Shown here piece after piece: positions 10,639 through 22,170 of a stretch of DNA of 37,656 bases; the first letter of the stretch is position 1, and every line of letters begins with the position of its first letter. A program made the translations under genes and the position numbers. The stretch spans positions 112,173,182 to 112,210,837 of the forward strand of contig NC_068984.1 of the NCBI RefSeq assembly GCF_001194135.2, in the 5' to 3' direction. The notes under the pieces were generated by a model that saw only the letters and a program-made list of their open reading frames with translations, was not told the origin of the DNA and did no database searches. The DNA is from Octopus bimaculoides. Its lineage: Eukaryota.

Positions 10639-11312
10639 TTCCTTTCTACTATAGGCACAAGGCCTGAAATTTTGGGGAAGGGACTAGTCGATTCCTTCGA
10701 CGCCAGTGCTCCACTGGTACTTAATTTATCAAAAAAAAAATGAAAGGCAAAGTCGACCCCATCGGCATTTCTACTCAGAATGTAAAGACGTAGGAAATGC
10801 TACTAAGTATATTGTCCGGCGCGGTAACGATTCTGCTTGCTTACCGCCTTGTACAACAACAACAATAATCCTTTCTATTATAGGCAGAATGTTGGAAAAT
10901 TTGAGAGAGGGAGCTAATCGATTAATTACATCGATTCCAGTGCTTAACTAGTACTTCTCTTATCGAACTCGAATGGATGAATAGCAAAGTCGACTTCGGT
11001 GGAATTTGATCTCAGAACGTAGAGCTGGAAGAAATGCCGCTAAGCATTTTACCCTGAACGGTAACGATTCTGCCAGCTTGCAGCCTTGATTATGTATGTA
11101 ATATATCGCCTTTCTGCTGTAGGCACAAAACCTATAATTTTAGCAGGGGTGGGCTACTCGATTTCATCGATCCTATTGCTTATTTTATCGAATCCGAAAA
11201 GATGAAAGGCAAAGACGACCTCAGCGGAATTTGAGCTCAGAACATAAAGACAGACAAAATACCACTAAACATTTTTTACCCGGCACGGTAACAATTCAAC
11301 CAGATCGCCGCT
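10639..11312 (-). mobile_element. Three head-to-tail SINE family E copies (10639-10850, 10869-11087, 11108-11312)
   Basis: Each reads (plus strand) ctttct(a/g)ct(a/g)taggca...tcga...gatgaa(a/t)(g/a)gcaaag(t/a)cgac...ggaatttga..tcagaac...gccgc(c/t); spacers are ~18-20 nt ACA/ATA-rich tails. The central gcctttcatcctttcggggtcgataaa-type segment recalls conserved SINE central domains (Meta-type; from memory, unverified). Confidence 0.85.
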
Positions 11313-11726
11313 ATGATTATATATATCTATTAATAAAATAATAAATTATGCACTTAGTTGTACTTTGTTACGCACGTCATCTCCACACTGCCCCTGGAAA
11401 ACTTGTCATATATAACACCAGTCCGTGGTGTATAAATAAAGTTTGAGCAGCGTTGGCGTATGTAACACAAAGCGCCCTTACGACTCCTTCCTTAAAAGAT
11501 TTGAGGGACACAAATCAAGGATATAGTGAATGACGTACGTAAAATTTTTAATGGATTGAAATCTCCCCAATATAAATCAAGAAAGAGATTTTAATTCACT
11601 AAGAATTCTTTGCTTACGTCATTTAGCACTTAATTTAGATTCAGCCTAAGTGGTTCCCAGCCTTTTTATAGTTCACTGCCTCCTTACGTAGAACGGCGTA
11701 TTACAAACTCTCCCTCCCGTGTTTAA

Positions 11727-11760
<34 letters not shown>

Positions 11761-11834
11761 AGCAGATTATTTTAATTAGGAGCGAATTATGTGCAGAGAT
11801 TTATTAACCAAATTTTATAATAGTAACTCATTCA

Positions 11835-12145
11835 GCATGAGCCTGCTCCCGCCGTTTACCTTTTTTCTTTTTCCAGAAATTGTTCTGTCCCACTTTGTGG
11901 TACCTTGGGCAAATGTCTTTTGCTATAGTGTCAGGGGTCAACCAAAGCTTTGTGGGTGGATTTAGTAGACGGAAACTGAAAAAAAAAAGCCCGTCATTGT
12001 GTGTGTGTGTGTGTGTTTGTTTGTCCCCCCCCCCACCACTGCTTGACAACCGGTGTTGGTATCCCTACGTCCCTCTAGCTTAACGGTTCGACAAATGAAA
12101 ACCGATAGAATAAGTACCAGACTAGGCTCGATTTCTTCGACTAAA
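11835..12145 (+). mobile_element. SINE family A, diverged
   Basis: cccactttgtggtaccttgggcaaatgtc...agacggaaactgaaa...gcttgacaaccggtgttgg...gatagaataagtacc. Confidence 0.8.
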
Positions 12146-12152
12146 ATTCTTT

Positions 12153-12287
12153 AACTGATGAAGGGTCGTTCCTTATGTTGTTTCTTTTGTTTTCCATTTG
12201 TGTCTTTCGTTGTTGGAAAGAATAGTTCGTGTACTTGTGCTTCGTATTTTTATGTTGTACAAGTTTCGTGAGTCCTGTGCCCACATA
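12153..12287 (+). repeat. Unclassified interspersed repeat, homologous to 20670-20800 in reverse orientation
   Basis: ctgatgaagggtc...tgttgttt...tttccatttg...tcgttg...gtcctgtgcccacata versus the reverse complement of atgggaacaggac...aacaaatggaaaa...gacccttcatcag. Confidence 0.6.
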
Positions 12288-12617
12288 NNNNNNNNNNNNN
12301 NNNNNNNNNNNNNNNNNNNNNNNNNNNNNNNNNNNNNNNNNNNNNNNNNNNNNNNNNNNNNNNNNNNNNNNNNNNNNNNNNNNNNNNNNNNNNNNNNNNN
12401 NNNNNNNNNNNNNNNNNNNNNNNNNNNNNNNNNNNNNNNNNNNNNNNNNNNNNNNNNNNNNNNNNNNNNNNNNNNNNNNNNNNNNNNNNNNNNNNNNNNN
12501 NNNNNNNNNNNNNNNNNNNNNNNNNNNNNNNNNNNNNNNNNNNNNNNNNNNNNNNNNNNNNNNNNNNNNNNNNNNNNNNNNNNNNNNNNNNNNNNNNNNN
12601 NNNNNNNNNNNNNNNNN

Positions 12618-12661
<44 letters not shown>

Positions 12662-12689
12662 TTTATATTATATACATACATACATACAT

Positions 12690-12830
12690 ATGCACACACA
12701 CAACGGCCTTCCACACTGTTTCTGCCTACCAAATTCGCTCAAAGAGCTTTAGTCGGCCAAAAGACGTTTGCCCAAGGTGCCACACAGTGGAACCGAAACC
12801 CAAGACCATATCATTGCAAAGCAAACTTCT
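12690..12830 (-). mobile_element. SINE family A head half
   Basis: ctgcctaccaaattcgctcaaagagctttagtcggcc...ttgcccaaggtgccacacagtgg is the reverse complement of the A head. Confidence 0.75.
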
Positions 12831-13268
12831 TATCCACATTGCCATGTCTTAAACCGAATAAAATCCTAAACCTCTTGCAGTCGGCTTGCCTAGCATTGAC
12901 CTGCAGTCTAATTACTGAAACCAGTTAAAAACATAAAAGCATAACTGTCACCCTTAATATGTATATTCAGTTACGTCTCCTGCCATGCACTCCAACGCGT
13001 TTTGTTGCTTTTCTTGCGTTAAAAAAAAAAATTCATTCTACTACATTTAGCGTTCTTGTTTACACAACACACCCACGCTAGCATACCGTTATATAATACA
13101 CACACATATAAAATAATATAAAATAATATATCAAATATGCTAAAATATAATATAGGTGGCCCGTTAGCAATTAAAACGTTAAGGAAAATTAATAAATAAG
13201 GGTACAAAACTACCAGCGTTCTTAGAAATAAAAGTCTTTTTTCTAGCAATATACGTACCATCTTGTGC

Positions 13269-13306
<38 letters not shown>

Positions 13307-13311
13307 GCCTG

Positions 13312-13347
<36 letters not shown>

Positions 13348-13439
13348 AATGAAAAGTAGAAGTCAAAGACAATTTTTTAATACATGTTTAATTATAAGTT
13401 ACAAATGTTTCCGTACCATCTCCATTNNNNNNNNNNTGC

Positions 13440-13489
<50 letters not shown>

Positions 13490-13524
13490 CATATGTATAT
13501 ATATATATATATTCATATGTGTAT

Positions 13525-13746
13525 GTGTGTGTGTGTCTTTGTGTTTTGGTTTGTCCACTCTACGTCACCGCTTGACAACTGTTGTTGGTGTGTTTCCGTT
13601 CCCGTAACCTAGCGGTTCAGCAAAGCAGATCAATAGAATAGGTACTACGCTTTAGATAATAATCCCTAGGGTCGATTTCTTCGAATAAAAACCCTTCAAG
13701 GCGGTGCACCAGCATGGTCGCCGTTAAATGACTGAAACAAGTAAAA
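13525..13746 (+). mobile_element. SINE family A 3' half
   Basis: gcttgacaactgttgttggtgtg...gggtcgatttcttcga...aaggcggtgcaccagcatggtcgccg..aaatgactgaaacaagtaaaa. Confidence 0.8.
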
Positions 13747-13774
13747 TAATATATTTTATATATGTTATATATTC

Positions 13775-14176
13775 TTTTACTTGTTTCAGTATTTGGACTG
13801 CGGCCATGCTGGAGCACCGCCTTTAGTCGAGTAAATTGGCCCCAGGACTTATTCTTTGTAAGCCTAGTACTTATTCTATCGGTCTCTTTTGCCGAACCAC
13901 TAAGTTACAGGGACGTAAAAACCACAAGAATCGGTTGTCATACGATGTTGGTGGGGTGGTGACAAACACAGGCACACAAACATATACACACACATACATA
14001 TATACATATATACATATATACGTCGAGCTTCTTTCCGTTTCCGTCAACCAAATCCCTTCACAAGGCTTTGGTCGGCCCGAGGCTACAGTAGAAGACACTG
14101 GCGCAAGTTGCCAGGCAGTGGGACTGAACCCGGGACCATGTGGCTAGTAAGCAAGCTACTTACCACATAGCCACTC
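13775..14176 (-). mobile_element. SINE family A, full-length, tail-to-tail with the preceding copy
   Basis: ttttacttgtttcag...ctggagcaccgcctttagtcga...ccgaaccactaagttac...ccaaatcccttcacaaggctttggtcggcccgaggcta...gcaagctacttaccacatagccactc. Confidence 0.9.
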
Positions 14177-14294
14177 ATATATATATATATATATATATAC
14201 ACACGCATCTGTGTGTATGAATGTAGGTATACATAGTTATATATGCATACACAGACGTACGTAGCAAAGCTCTTACTACCCCCACGCTACCTCG

Positions 14295-14331
<37 letters not shown>

Positions 14332-14881
14332 ACACACATACACAGATATACACGCGCGCGCGCACATTTACACATGTATTTAACAAAAACTCGAGCGAAG
14401 CAAGAAATACGTTAGCATGTATATGTGTGTTTTAAAACTTGTCACAGATTTAAGTAGCCATCCATCCATCCATCCAAAACACGCCGATCCCCGCCTCTCC
14501 CACGCCCCACCCTGATCCCCCCAAACCTCGTACCCGACCCCCGCAATTCTGCGAGACATACTGTATGTATATCTAGTTAAGTATCTGAGTGTGTATGTGT
14601 GTGCGGGTGTGTGTGCGTGTGTCTGTGTGTGCGTGGATCGTGGGGGGTAGGCATGTGTGTATATGTGTGTTCTCCTCTCCCCTTCCTCACACACACACAC
14701 ACACACACACACACTCTCTCTCTCTCACTCCCTTTTTTCTATCAATCTCTCAACATGTATGTGTATGGTTATATATATATATATATGTAAAAATGTACAC
14801 GCAGACACACACACACACATACACACACACAGGCACACTCACACAAATATATACTTACATATATGTACGTATAAGTGTGAC

Positions 14882-14919
<38 letters not shown>

Positions 14920-14976
14920 TTACATACGGATGTGTATGCATCNNNNNNNNNNTATATATATATATATATATGTACC

Positions 14977-15008
<32 letters not shown>

Positions 15009-15010
15009 CC

Positions 15011-15041
<31 letters not shown>

Positions 15042-15572
15042 GTTTATGTATGTTTACATACGGATGTGTATGCATCTGTATGTGTGTGTGTTTCTGTGTA
15101 TATGTGTGTGTGCTTGTGTGTGATATTTAAGGGTGTCTTTGGCTATTAGTTTACCATTTTCACTGTTGCTACAGACTTCTGATAATATGTGTGTGTGAGT
15201 GTGTGTGTAAGTGTGTGTGTGTGTAAGTGTGTGTGTGTGTAAGTGTGTGTGTGTATGTGTATTCTTCCGATTCTTTTCCTCTTTTCCTTCTTGTGCCTTC
15301 TCTTCTTTCCTTGCCTCCATCTTATTTCCTTTTTTTTTTTGTTTTCTTTTATTTATCTATTTATTCATTTATTTTTCTGAATAAAACTTTGTTTGTCTTT
15401 GAGTTGGAGATATGTCGATTGGGATTTTTATAATCTTTAAAGTTGTAGTATGTCTCACCCAACAGTCTCTCCCCCCTCTCTCTCTCTCTCCCCACCCACC
15501 GAGTACGTGCAAGCAATCATGTGTGTACGTAAATATATATATTTATATATATGTATATATATAAATATATAC

Positions 15573-15627
<55 letters not shown>

Positions 15628-15948
15628 CATATATATATACATATATATGTGTGTATATGTATGTATGTATGTATATAGCTGTATATGGAGACATACATGT
15701 AAATATATATGTATATATATATATTTATATATATACGTATACATTTTTATAACTGTATATGTATATATACGTACCGTGTGAGATGTAGCGGTGGCAACAA
15801 AGAATATTATTATCATTATTATTATTATTATCCTTTATTTTGATTTATCAGTGTGTCTATTTCTTTACTGTAACAGCGGGCACACACACACACACACACA
15901 CACACGAACTGAATTGTGTGTATGAATGTGCACATGTGTCCTGCATGT

Positions 15949-15979
<31 letters not shown>

Positions 15980-16569
15980 CGTCGGTGTGTATGACCGGGT
16001 GATATTCTTTGTTGAAATAATACTCCTTAAACCACTGTTTTTCTTTTCCCTGACACAAACCACATGGAAGTACTTCCTCCCATTTCATTCATTTTACAAT
16101 GTTTCATTTATTTTGGGTTACGTTTTTTTTTAATGTGCTTGCCTTTTATTTATTTAGTTATTTATTTGTGTTTTTAATGGTTTCACTTTGTTATAATCTT
16201 AATTTTCTTCCTTTCTTTTTTTAATTTCCTTTTTGCCACTCTTTTCTTTCCCTCGTCAGTCTGTACGTGTGTCTGTGCCTACAGATATGTCTGCCTATGT
16301 ATGTATGTATGTATGTATGTATGTGTGTATGTATGTATGCACATTATACACGCAGGCGAGCATATGTTTACTCTGTGAGTATATATACGTATACATTCAT
16401 ACATACATACATACATACATATATATATATCTATACAATATATGCATGTCTGCATGCATGTATGTATAAATATATTAATGTATGTACACATCTATCTATA
16501 TGTATATATGTATGTATGTATGTATTTATGTATATGAAAGGTTTTACAAAATTTACGTGATACAATCAC

Positions 16570-17890
16570 AATATTTAAAAAAAGGATTTTCTTTAAATGA
16601 TATTAACTAGTTTTTAATTTTAAAAATTAAAAATCCGAATCGCACAAACCTTTAGGAAAGAAGTTTCTGTAATTAATGTATTTTGTGCGTGAACGCTTTC
16701 GTTGTTCAACTCTTCAAACACACATGTTCTGTACTAATCGTATAGGAGAATTTGTTTTTAGCAATGATGTTGGTTTAGTTTCGGATTTAGAATTCTTACA
16801 AAGTGTTCTTCTTTCGCCTTTCGTTGTTGATCATATTCCTCTTTCATTCTATAAAAAGGAAATATTTTTCATTTGTACATATGTTTAGATGGATGAATCT
16901 TTAATCTGTTGTTTGTACAGTCCGATGATTAGTTTTGTTCCTGTTTCTCCAGTTTAATTCTCCTTCGATTACGGGCATGTGATGTAGTAGATAAGATAAA
17001 TTTTTCTCTCCAGGAACCCTATTACTAGTATCGCAAAGACCGGCGCGACTTTAGTTACCATTGCAGTACCTCGTATTTACAAGTATTATTCCTCATGAAA
17101 AGAAGTACTTATTTTCTAGAACCAATCGTAACCCTTCAGGTTATATATATAGCTCTTTTCGGAATATCTTCTGAATTCTTTGTGGATATTTGTCGATCCA
17201 GAATTCTATTGCTTCTATTCTTAATCCATGATGAATATTTGTATGGAGAATGGTTACGACGAAACTAACCAGGTTTGTCTTTTTATCTACACTTCCTGGA
17301 ACATGGTTTAGGAAGTCTATGTCATCTCTGATGAAACTAGGGACTTATCAGCACAAAGGTTCCAAAATTATGTCAAGCAAACTGCTTAATCGTTGGCTAC
17401 TAGATGTTGGCCCTGCAACAATCGGACGTAATTTTAGATCAGATGGTTTGAAAATTTTCACATATAGTGTATGGAGATCCTTGAAGCTATTACTGATTTC
17501 TTTAGATTTGTGAATTTTTGGAAGCCCATAAAGTTACTTGTCTCGCCATCAAAATTAGTGAAATCATCCAACTCACTTTCCGTTGTGATTTTTTAAAATC
17601 TGTCCGTTAATTTACCAGTTTTATTCATTATTCGTTCATCTACATTAGTTTCATATTTTTTCTATAGAAATGATCATTTAGTTGCTCGAAGACTATTTCT
17701 ATGTACTGGATCTTGACCCTTATTACTATGGCTCCTACTTTGTCAGCTTCTTTAATGAATATACAAGAATCTTTCTGTAGACATTCCAACTTTTCTTGTT
17801 CTTCATTCGTAACGTTTGCATTGTATTTGTTGGAATGTTTGAGTTTGCAAATGCATTATATATTCCTCTAAGTGCTTATTCCTGTTCATT
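16570..17890 (-). mobile_element. Penelope-like element (PLE) fossil: RT N-terminal half fused to GIY-YIG endonuclease
   Basis: Minus-strand translation gives NVTNEEQEKLECLQKDSCIFIKEADKVGAIVI, YGLPKIHKS, LRPIVAGP, LVSFVVTILHTNI and IRGTAMVTKVAPVFAILVIGFLE (PLE RT motifs), then LIYYITCP*SKEN*TGETGTKL and RKAKEEHFVRILNPKLN (GIY-YIG). Multiple stops and frameshifts are present. Confidence 0.88.
16685..16723 (-). ncRNA. Minimal type-I hammerhead-ribozyme-like motif at the PLE 3' end
   Basis: Minus strand: GUGUGU-UUGAAGA-GUUG-AA-CAAC-GAAA-GCG-UU-C-ACGCAC. Stem I GUGUGU/ACGCAC pairs over 6 bp (one G-U), stem II is GUUG/CAAC, and the core is CUGANGA with C3>U. Confidence 0.6.
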
Positions 17891-17994
17891 GAACAATACT
17901 GGATAGCATAAAACATATACTATACTTTGTTATTAATTATCATATTAGGGGGTCGATTTTGTGCATGTGTGTGCGTGTAAGTGTCTGTGTGTCT

Positions 17995-18365
17995 CAAACC
18001 TGAAGGCGTAGCTGTGAGATTAAGAAACTTGTATCCCAACTCTATGGACTTGGATTCAATCTCACTGCGTGGCATCTTGGGCCAGTGTCTTCTACAGTCA
18101 CTGGCGACCAAAACCTTGTGAGTAAATTTGGTCGACAGAAACTTAAGGAGACCCATCGTATGTATGTGTGTGTGTCTTTGTGTTTGTGTTGTGTTTGCCT
18201 CACCACCACTTCCACTACCATCGCATGGCAACCGTTGTTGGCTTGGTATGTTCCCGTAACAGGCTTTAAAAAATAAATACTCGGATCGATTCGTTTGACT
18301 AAAATTCTTCAGGGTGGTGCCCCAGCATAACCGCAGTCTAATGACTGAAACACGTATAAGATTAA
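17995..18365 (+). mobile_element. SINE family A, diverged full-length
   Basis: ctcactgcgtggcatcttgggccagtgtcttctac...gcaaccgttgttgg...ggtggtgccccagcataaccgcagtctaatgactgaaac. Confidence 0.75.
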
Positions 18366-18499
18366 AGATATAATAGCGGGAAACGGAATAACAAAGGAAA
18401 AAAGAGGTGAGAGGATTGCGGGAGATTACGAGCAATGTAAAGAGCGGTCAAAGACGAATGAGACCCTCGTAGGAGTTTAAAATATATTAGAAATGTCTG

Positions 18500-18690
18500 T
18501 GTAATTAAGAAGCTCGGTTGGTAACCACGTGGTTCCAGGTTCAGTCCCACTGCAGGACACCTTGGCCAAATGTCTTCTACTATAGCATCGGTCCGGCAAA
18601 TGCTTTGTGAGTGAATTTCGTAGGCGGAAACTGTGTGAAATCCCGTCGCAAATATTATATCTGTGTATGTGTTTGTGTATTTCTTTCTGT
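18500..18690 (+). mobile_element. SINE family A head half
   Basis: ggttccaggttcagtcccactgcaggacaccttggccaaatgtcttctactatagc...tgtgagtgaatttcgtaggcggaaactg. Confidence 0.8.
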
Positions 18691-18694
18691 GTTT

Positions 18695-18792
18695 TGCTCA
18701 AGAACACAATACACCACGCGGTCCGGTGGGATCGAAACCACGGCCTCGCGATTGTAAGAGCAATACTCTAACCGTAAACCATGCGCCTGCCA
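18695..18792 (-). mobile_element. SINE family C head
   Basis: gctcaagaacacaatacaccacgcggtccggtgggatcgaaacc...aaaccatgcgcc is the reverse complement of the C head. Confidence 0.7.
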
Positions 18793-19230
18793 CGTGTATG
18801 TATATAGCTAGCTGAACGGATGATGAGACAGAAATGGCGTAGGAAGAAGGGTATCTGATTGTTGTTACATTCCAAACGCTAATATTTAAACAGTGGGGAA
18901 ATTCTAAACTTTGCTTTGACAATTTTGATTATTAAGATTCGTCCCTTTTGCCAACACACTATTTTCGTGTTTTCTACCAGGAATTTGTCCTCTCTCTCTC
19001 TNNNNNNNNNNNNNNNNNNNNNNNNNNNNNNNNNNNNNNNNNNNNNNNNNNNNNNNNNNNNNNNNNNNNNNNNNNNNNNNNNNNNNNNNNNNNNNNNNNN
19101 NNNNNNNNNNNNNNNNNNNNNNNNNNNNNNNNNNNNNNNNNNNNNNNNNNNNNNNNNNNNNNNNNNNNNNNNNNNNNNNNNNNNNNNNNNNNNNNNNNNN
19201 NNNNTATATATATATTTATTTATATGTGTA

Positions 19231-19335
<105 letters not shown>

Positions 19336-19664
19336 TTCTCTCTCCTTCTGTCACACCCTTAACTGTATATGCTTCTGTGTGTGTGTGTGCGTGTGCGTGC
19401 CTATATATATATATGTGTGTGTGTGTATATATATATATGTATGGATGCATGTATGTAAATATATATACGTATATAGTTATAGTTATACATATAACTGTGT
19501 GTGTGTGTGTGTGCAGATGTGTGTACGTAACCCTTCCTTGACACTGCAAATTGTGCAACAAAGCAGATTATGAAACAGTAGTTGTCTTACTAATTCCATA
19601 CGTTTTTACAACAGCTTGCAACGGTTGCACCTCTCTCTTTCGTAATGGTGTTAAGTTGCAGTGA

Positions 19665-19765
19665 CAGTGGTGGTGGTGGTAGTGGTGGCGGTGGTAGTGG
19701 TGGCGGTGGTAGTGGTGGTAGATGTGAAGGCAGCAGCAGCAGCAGTAGTAGTAGTGGTGGTGGGG
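19665..19765. repeat. Compound (GGT)n/(GCA)n/(GTA)n microsatellite
   Basis: Directly visible. Confidence 0.9.
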
Positions 19766-20029
19766 GATAAAAGTCATCAAAACTTTGAACGTCTGTTTGT
19801 TATAAACTAGCTATTTGACTAAACCAACCTCACACAAACACTTCGGAAGACTTGACGTAGTTGCTCTCGACGTGGGAGAAATAGCAGCCGAAAACCCTCT
19901 AGAATTGATAATCCGACGTCTTAAACAATGGAAGGACATTAAATGATGCATTTTTTTATATCCTTAAAAACTCAGTAAATGGGATAGAGTGGAGGCAAGT
20001 AAATCTTGTACATGTGCTCGTGTGTGTAT

Positions 20030-20240
20030 ATGTGTTTTCACCCGCCTCGAATGATTGATAAGTGGTGTTGATTTGTTTGTGTTCCCCGTAATCTAGCGGA
20101 TCGGCAAAAGATACTGACAGAATAAGTATTAGGCTTTAAAATAAGAAAAACATGCACTGGTGTGGATTCATTCGACTAAGACTCTTGTAAGCGGTGCATC
20201 AGTATAGCCACGTTCTAATGCCCGAAAAACAAGTAAAAAG
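20030..20240 (+). mobile_element. SINE family A 3' half, diverged
   Basis: gttccccgtaatctagcggatcggcaaaag...gaataagtattaggc...gcggtgcatcagtatagcc...gaaaaacaagtaaaaag. Confidence 0.7.
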
Positions 20241-20378
20241 TATATANNNNNNNNNNNNNNNNNNNNNNNNNNNNNNNNNNNNNNNNNNNNNNNNNNNNNN
20301 NNNNNNNNNNNNNNNNNNNNNNNNNNNNNNNNNNNNNNNNNNNNNNNNNNNNNNNNNNNNNNNNNNNNNNNNNNNNNN

Positions 20379-20410
<32 letters not shown>

Positions 20411-20448
20411 TAGTGAGTTCAAACAAGAAAAACGACAAAAAAACATCA

Positions 20449-20617
20449 AAAAACAACAACGCGAGGACATGATACAGATATTGTGTTACAGGACGCTCGG
20501 GAAAGGAAAGAAGAGAATTTGACGTTTCGAGTGAAGCTCTTCGTCGGAAATATAGGAAAGTTCAAAGAAGGGAAGACGGAGGAAGAAAAAATCGCCAACG
20601 ATATACACGAGGTTACA
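20449..20617 (-). mobile_element. Short PLE-terminus-like repeat carrying a hammerhead-like motif (copy 1)
   Basis: Reverse-complement homolog of 24855-25030; minus strand 20551-20517 reads AUUU-CCGACGA-A-GAG-CUUCA-CUC-GAAACGUC-AAAU. Confidence 0.7.
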
Positions 20618-20961
20618 TTGTCGAATATATACATGCATATATGTACATACATACATATATATGTATATAGATATGCATATATGGGAACAGGACGTCACAA
20701 AACGTAAACAACATGAAAAACGAAAATAAAGTTGGATACGCAAACAACGAGAGAAACAAATGGAAAATAAGACAATTAACATAAAAAAGACCCTTCATCA
20801 GTCGTCAGTTGTTCTTCTACTCCATATTTCGAATATTGAACGATAATATAGGACCTTGAAGGCAGTTGCTCCCGCGAACCAAAATAAAATTCGGGATTTG
20901 CGGAGGGTCAAAGTTGGTAACAAAAGCAGGACAGTGGAGACATACATATACATATATTCAT

Positions 20962-21048
20962 TTATTCTTGTACTTGTTTCACTCATTTGACTGCGGCCAT
21001 GCTGGAGTACCGCCTTTAGTCGAACAAATCGACCCAGGACTTATTCTT
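20962..21048 (-). mobile_element. SINE family A 3' tail
   Basis: acttgtttcactcatttgactgcggccatgctggagtaccgcctttagtcgaacaaatcgacccaggacttattc. Confidence 0.85.
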
Positions 21049-21083
21049 TAAGTTAATCTCTATAGATACACATTACTAAATTA

Positions 21084-22170
21084 TAGCCAGCACTAAGTTT
21101 TGTTACGTCGTTTCGTATCCGTGACGTCAGCTGTAAACAAGCAATGAGATCGAAGATAGAAAATGGGTAATGGGCGCATATGACATATTTCAAGAGGTTT
21201 TACTTCCCTCATCAACACCCATCACTCATTGTTTACACAGCCACTAAATATAATGGTGTAACGTTATTGGAAGACGGTATGTAAATATTAATGACTAATA
21301 AGGGATACGGTATTTCGTTGTGTAACCAAAACATACTACAAAGTATATTAACCTAATACTTGCCATGTGCCCCATTCGAGGATCTGCTAAAAACAGTCTG
21401 ACTGCCGGTTGTTTGCTGTATTCAAAGTGAATTGCTTATGTACATTGCATCTGCAGAGGTATGTTTAACAATATTTAGTAGTTAAAGTTTGTCATTATTA
21501 GCTCTGGTTAATTCTAGAGGACATTTTATATCACAAAGCGCAAATTTTGAACTACAAAAATATTGACTGGTTTGAAAACTTTTTTCATTTTTTGCTTTTT
21601 GAATTTCTCATCTATAATATTATTCGTTGATATTTCATACACATTCGCATTTGATACTAAAGTTTCAAAAAAACTAAAATGTTTATTATTACAACTGAAG
21701 AGAAAAGGATTAGGCTTCTTTTCTTTGTCTTTTTTCAACGATCCCCATTTGGGACTTTCGAAAACTTTATCCTAATTTCCAAAATAATTCACATATGTAG
21801 AAAATTTTAGATACTCTATATTATTTTAACTCCTAAGACACCTGGCAAAGCCAAAACATATGAATAAAAAAATTTGGCAGTGAATGGCTTAAAGGCTTCT
21901 GTAAGTCAATAACTGTGTTCTATGGTTTTATCCGTGCTCTTACATCACTTGTTTAGGTTATCTCTACAAATTTTCTATTGATATTTTAGCCAGCACTGAT
22001 TTTGTTACGAGGTTTCGTATCGTAGACGCCAGGTGTAAGCAAACAATGAGATCGAAGATAAAAACTGGGTAATGATCGTATATGACATATTTCGGGAGTT
22101 TTTACTCTTCATCAGCACCCATCCACGAACTCATTGCTTAAACAGTCACTAAATATAGCGGTGTAACATT
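21084..22170. repeat. Diverged ~180-bp direct repeat pair (21084-21265 and 21987-22170)
   Basis: Shared blocks tagccagcact..ttttgttacg..gtttcgtatc, caatgagatcgaagata.aaa.tgggtaatg, tatgacatatttc, catca.cacccatc and cactaaatata..ggtgtaac; spacing ~900 bp. Confidence 0.9.

Noticed and set aside
9592-11312. CRISPR-like repeat/spacer array
   Set aside because: Units are ~210-bp diverged SINEs with low-complexity tails in a eukaryotic context; no cas genes.
12153-12175. Hammerhead at CTGATGAAGGG (also ~20790-20800 on the minus strand)
   Set aside because: The CUGAUGA core is present but no downstream GAAA/UH or stem I partner follows.
15828-16088. Minus-strand ORF MKWEEVLPCGLCQGKEKQWFKEYYF...
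   Set aside because: The unique part is only ~35 aa, the remainder is (CA)n, and there is no homology or convincing splice signal.
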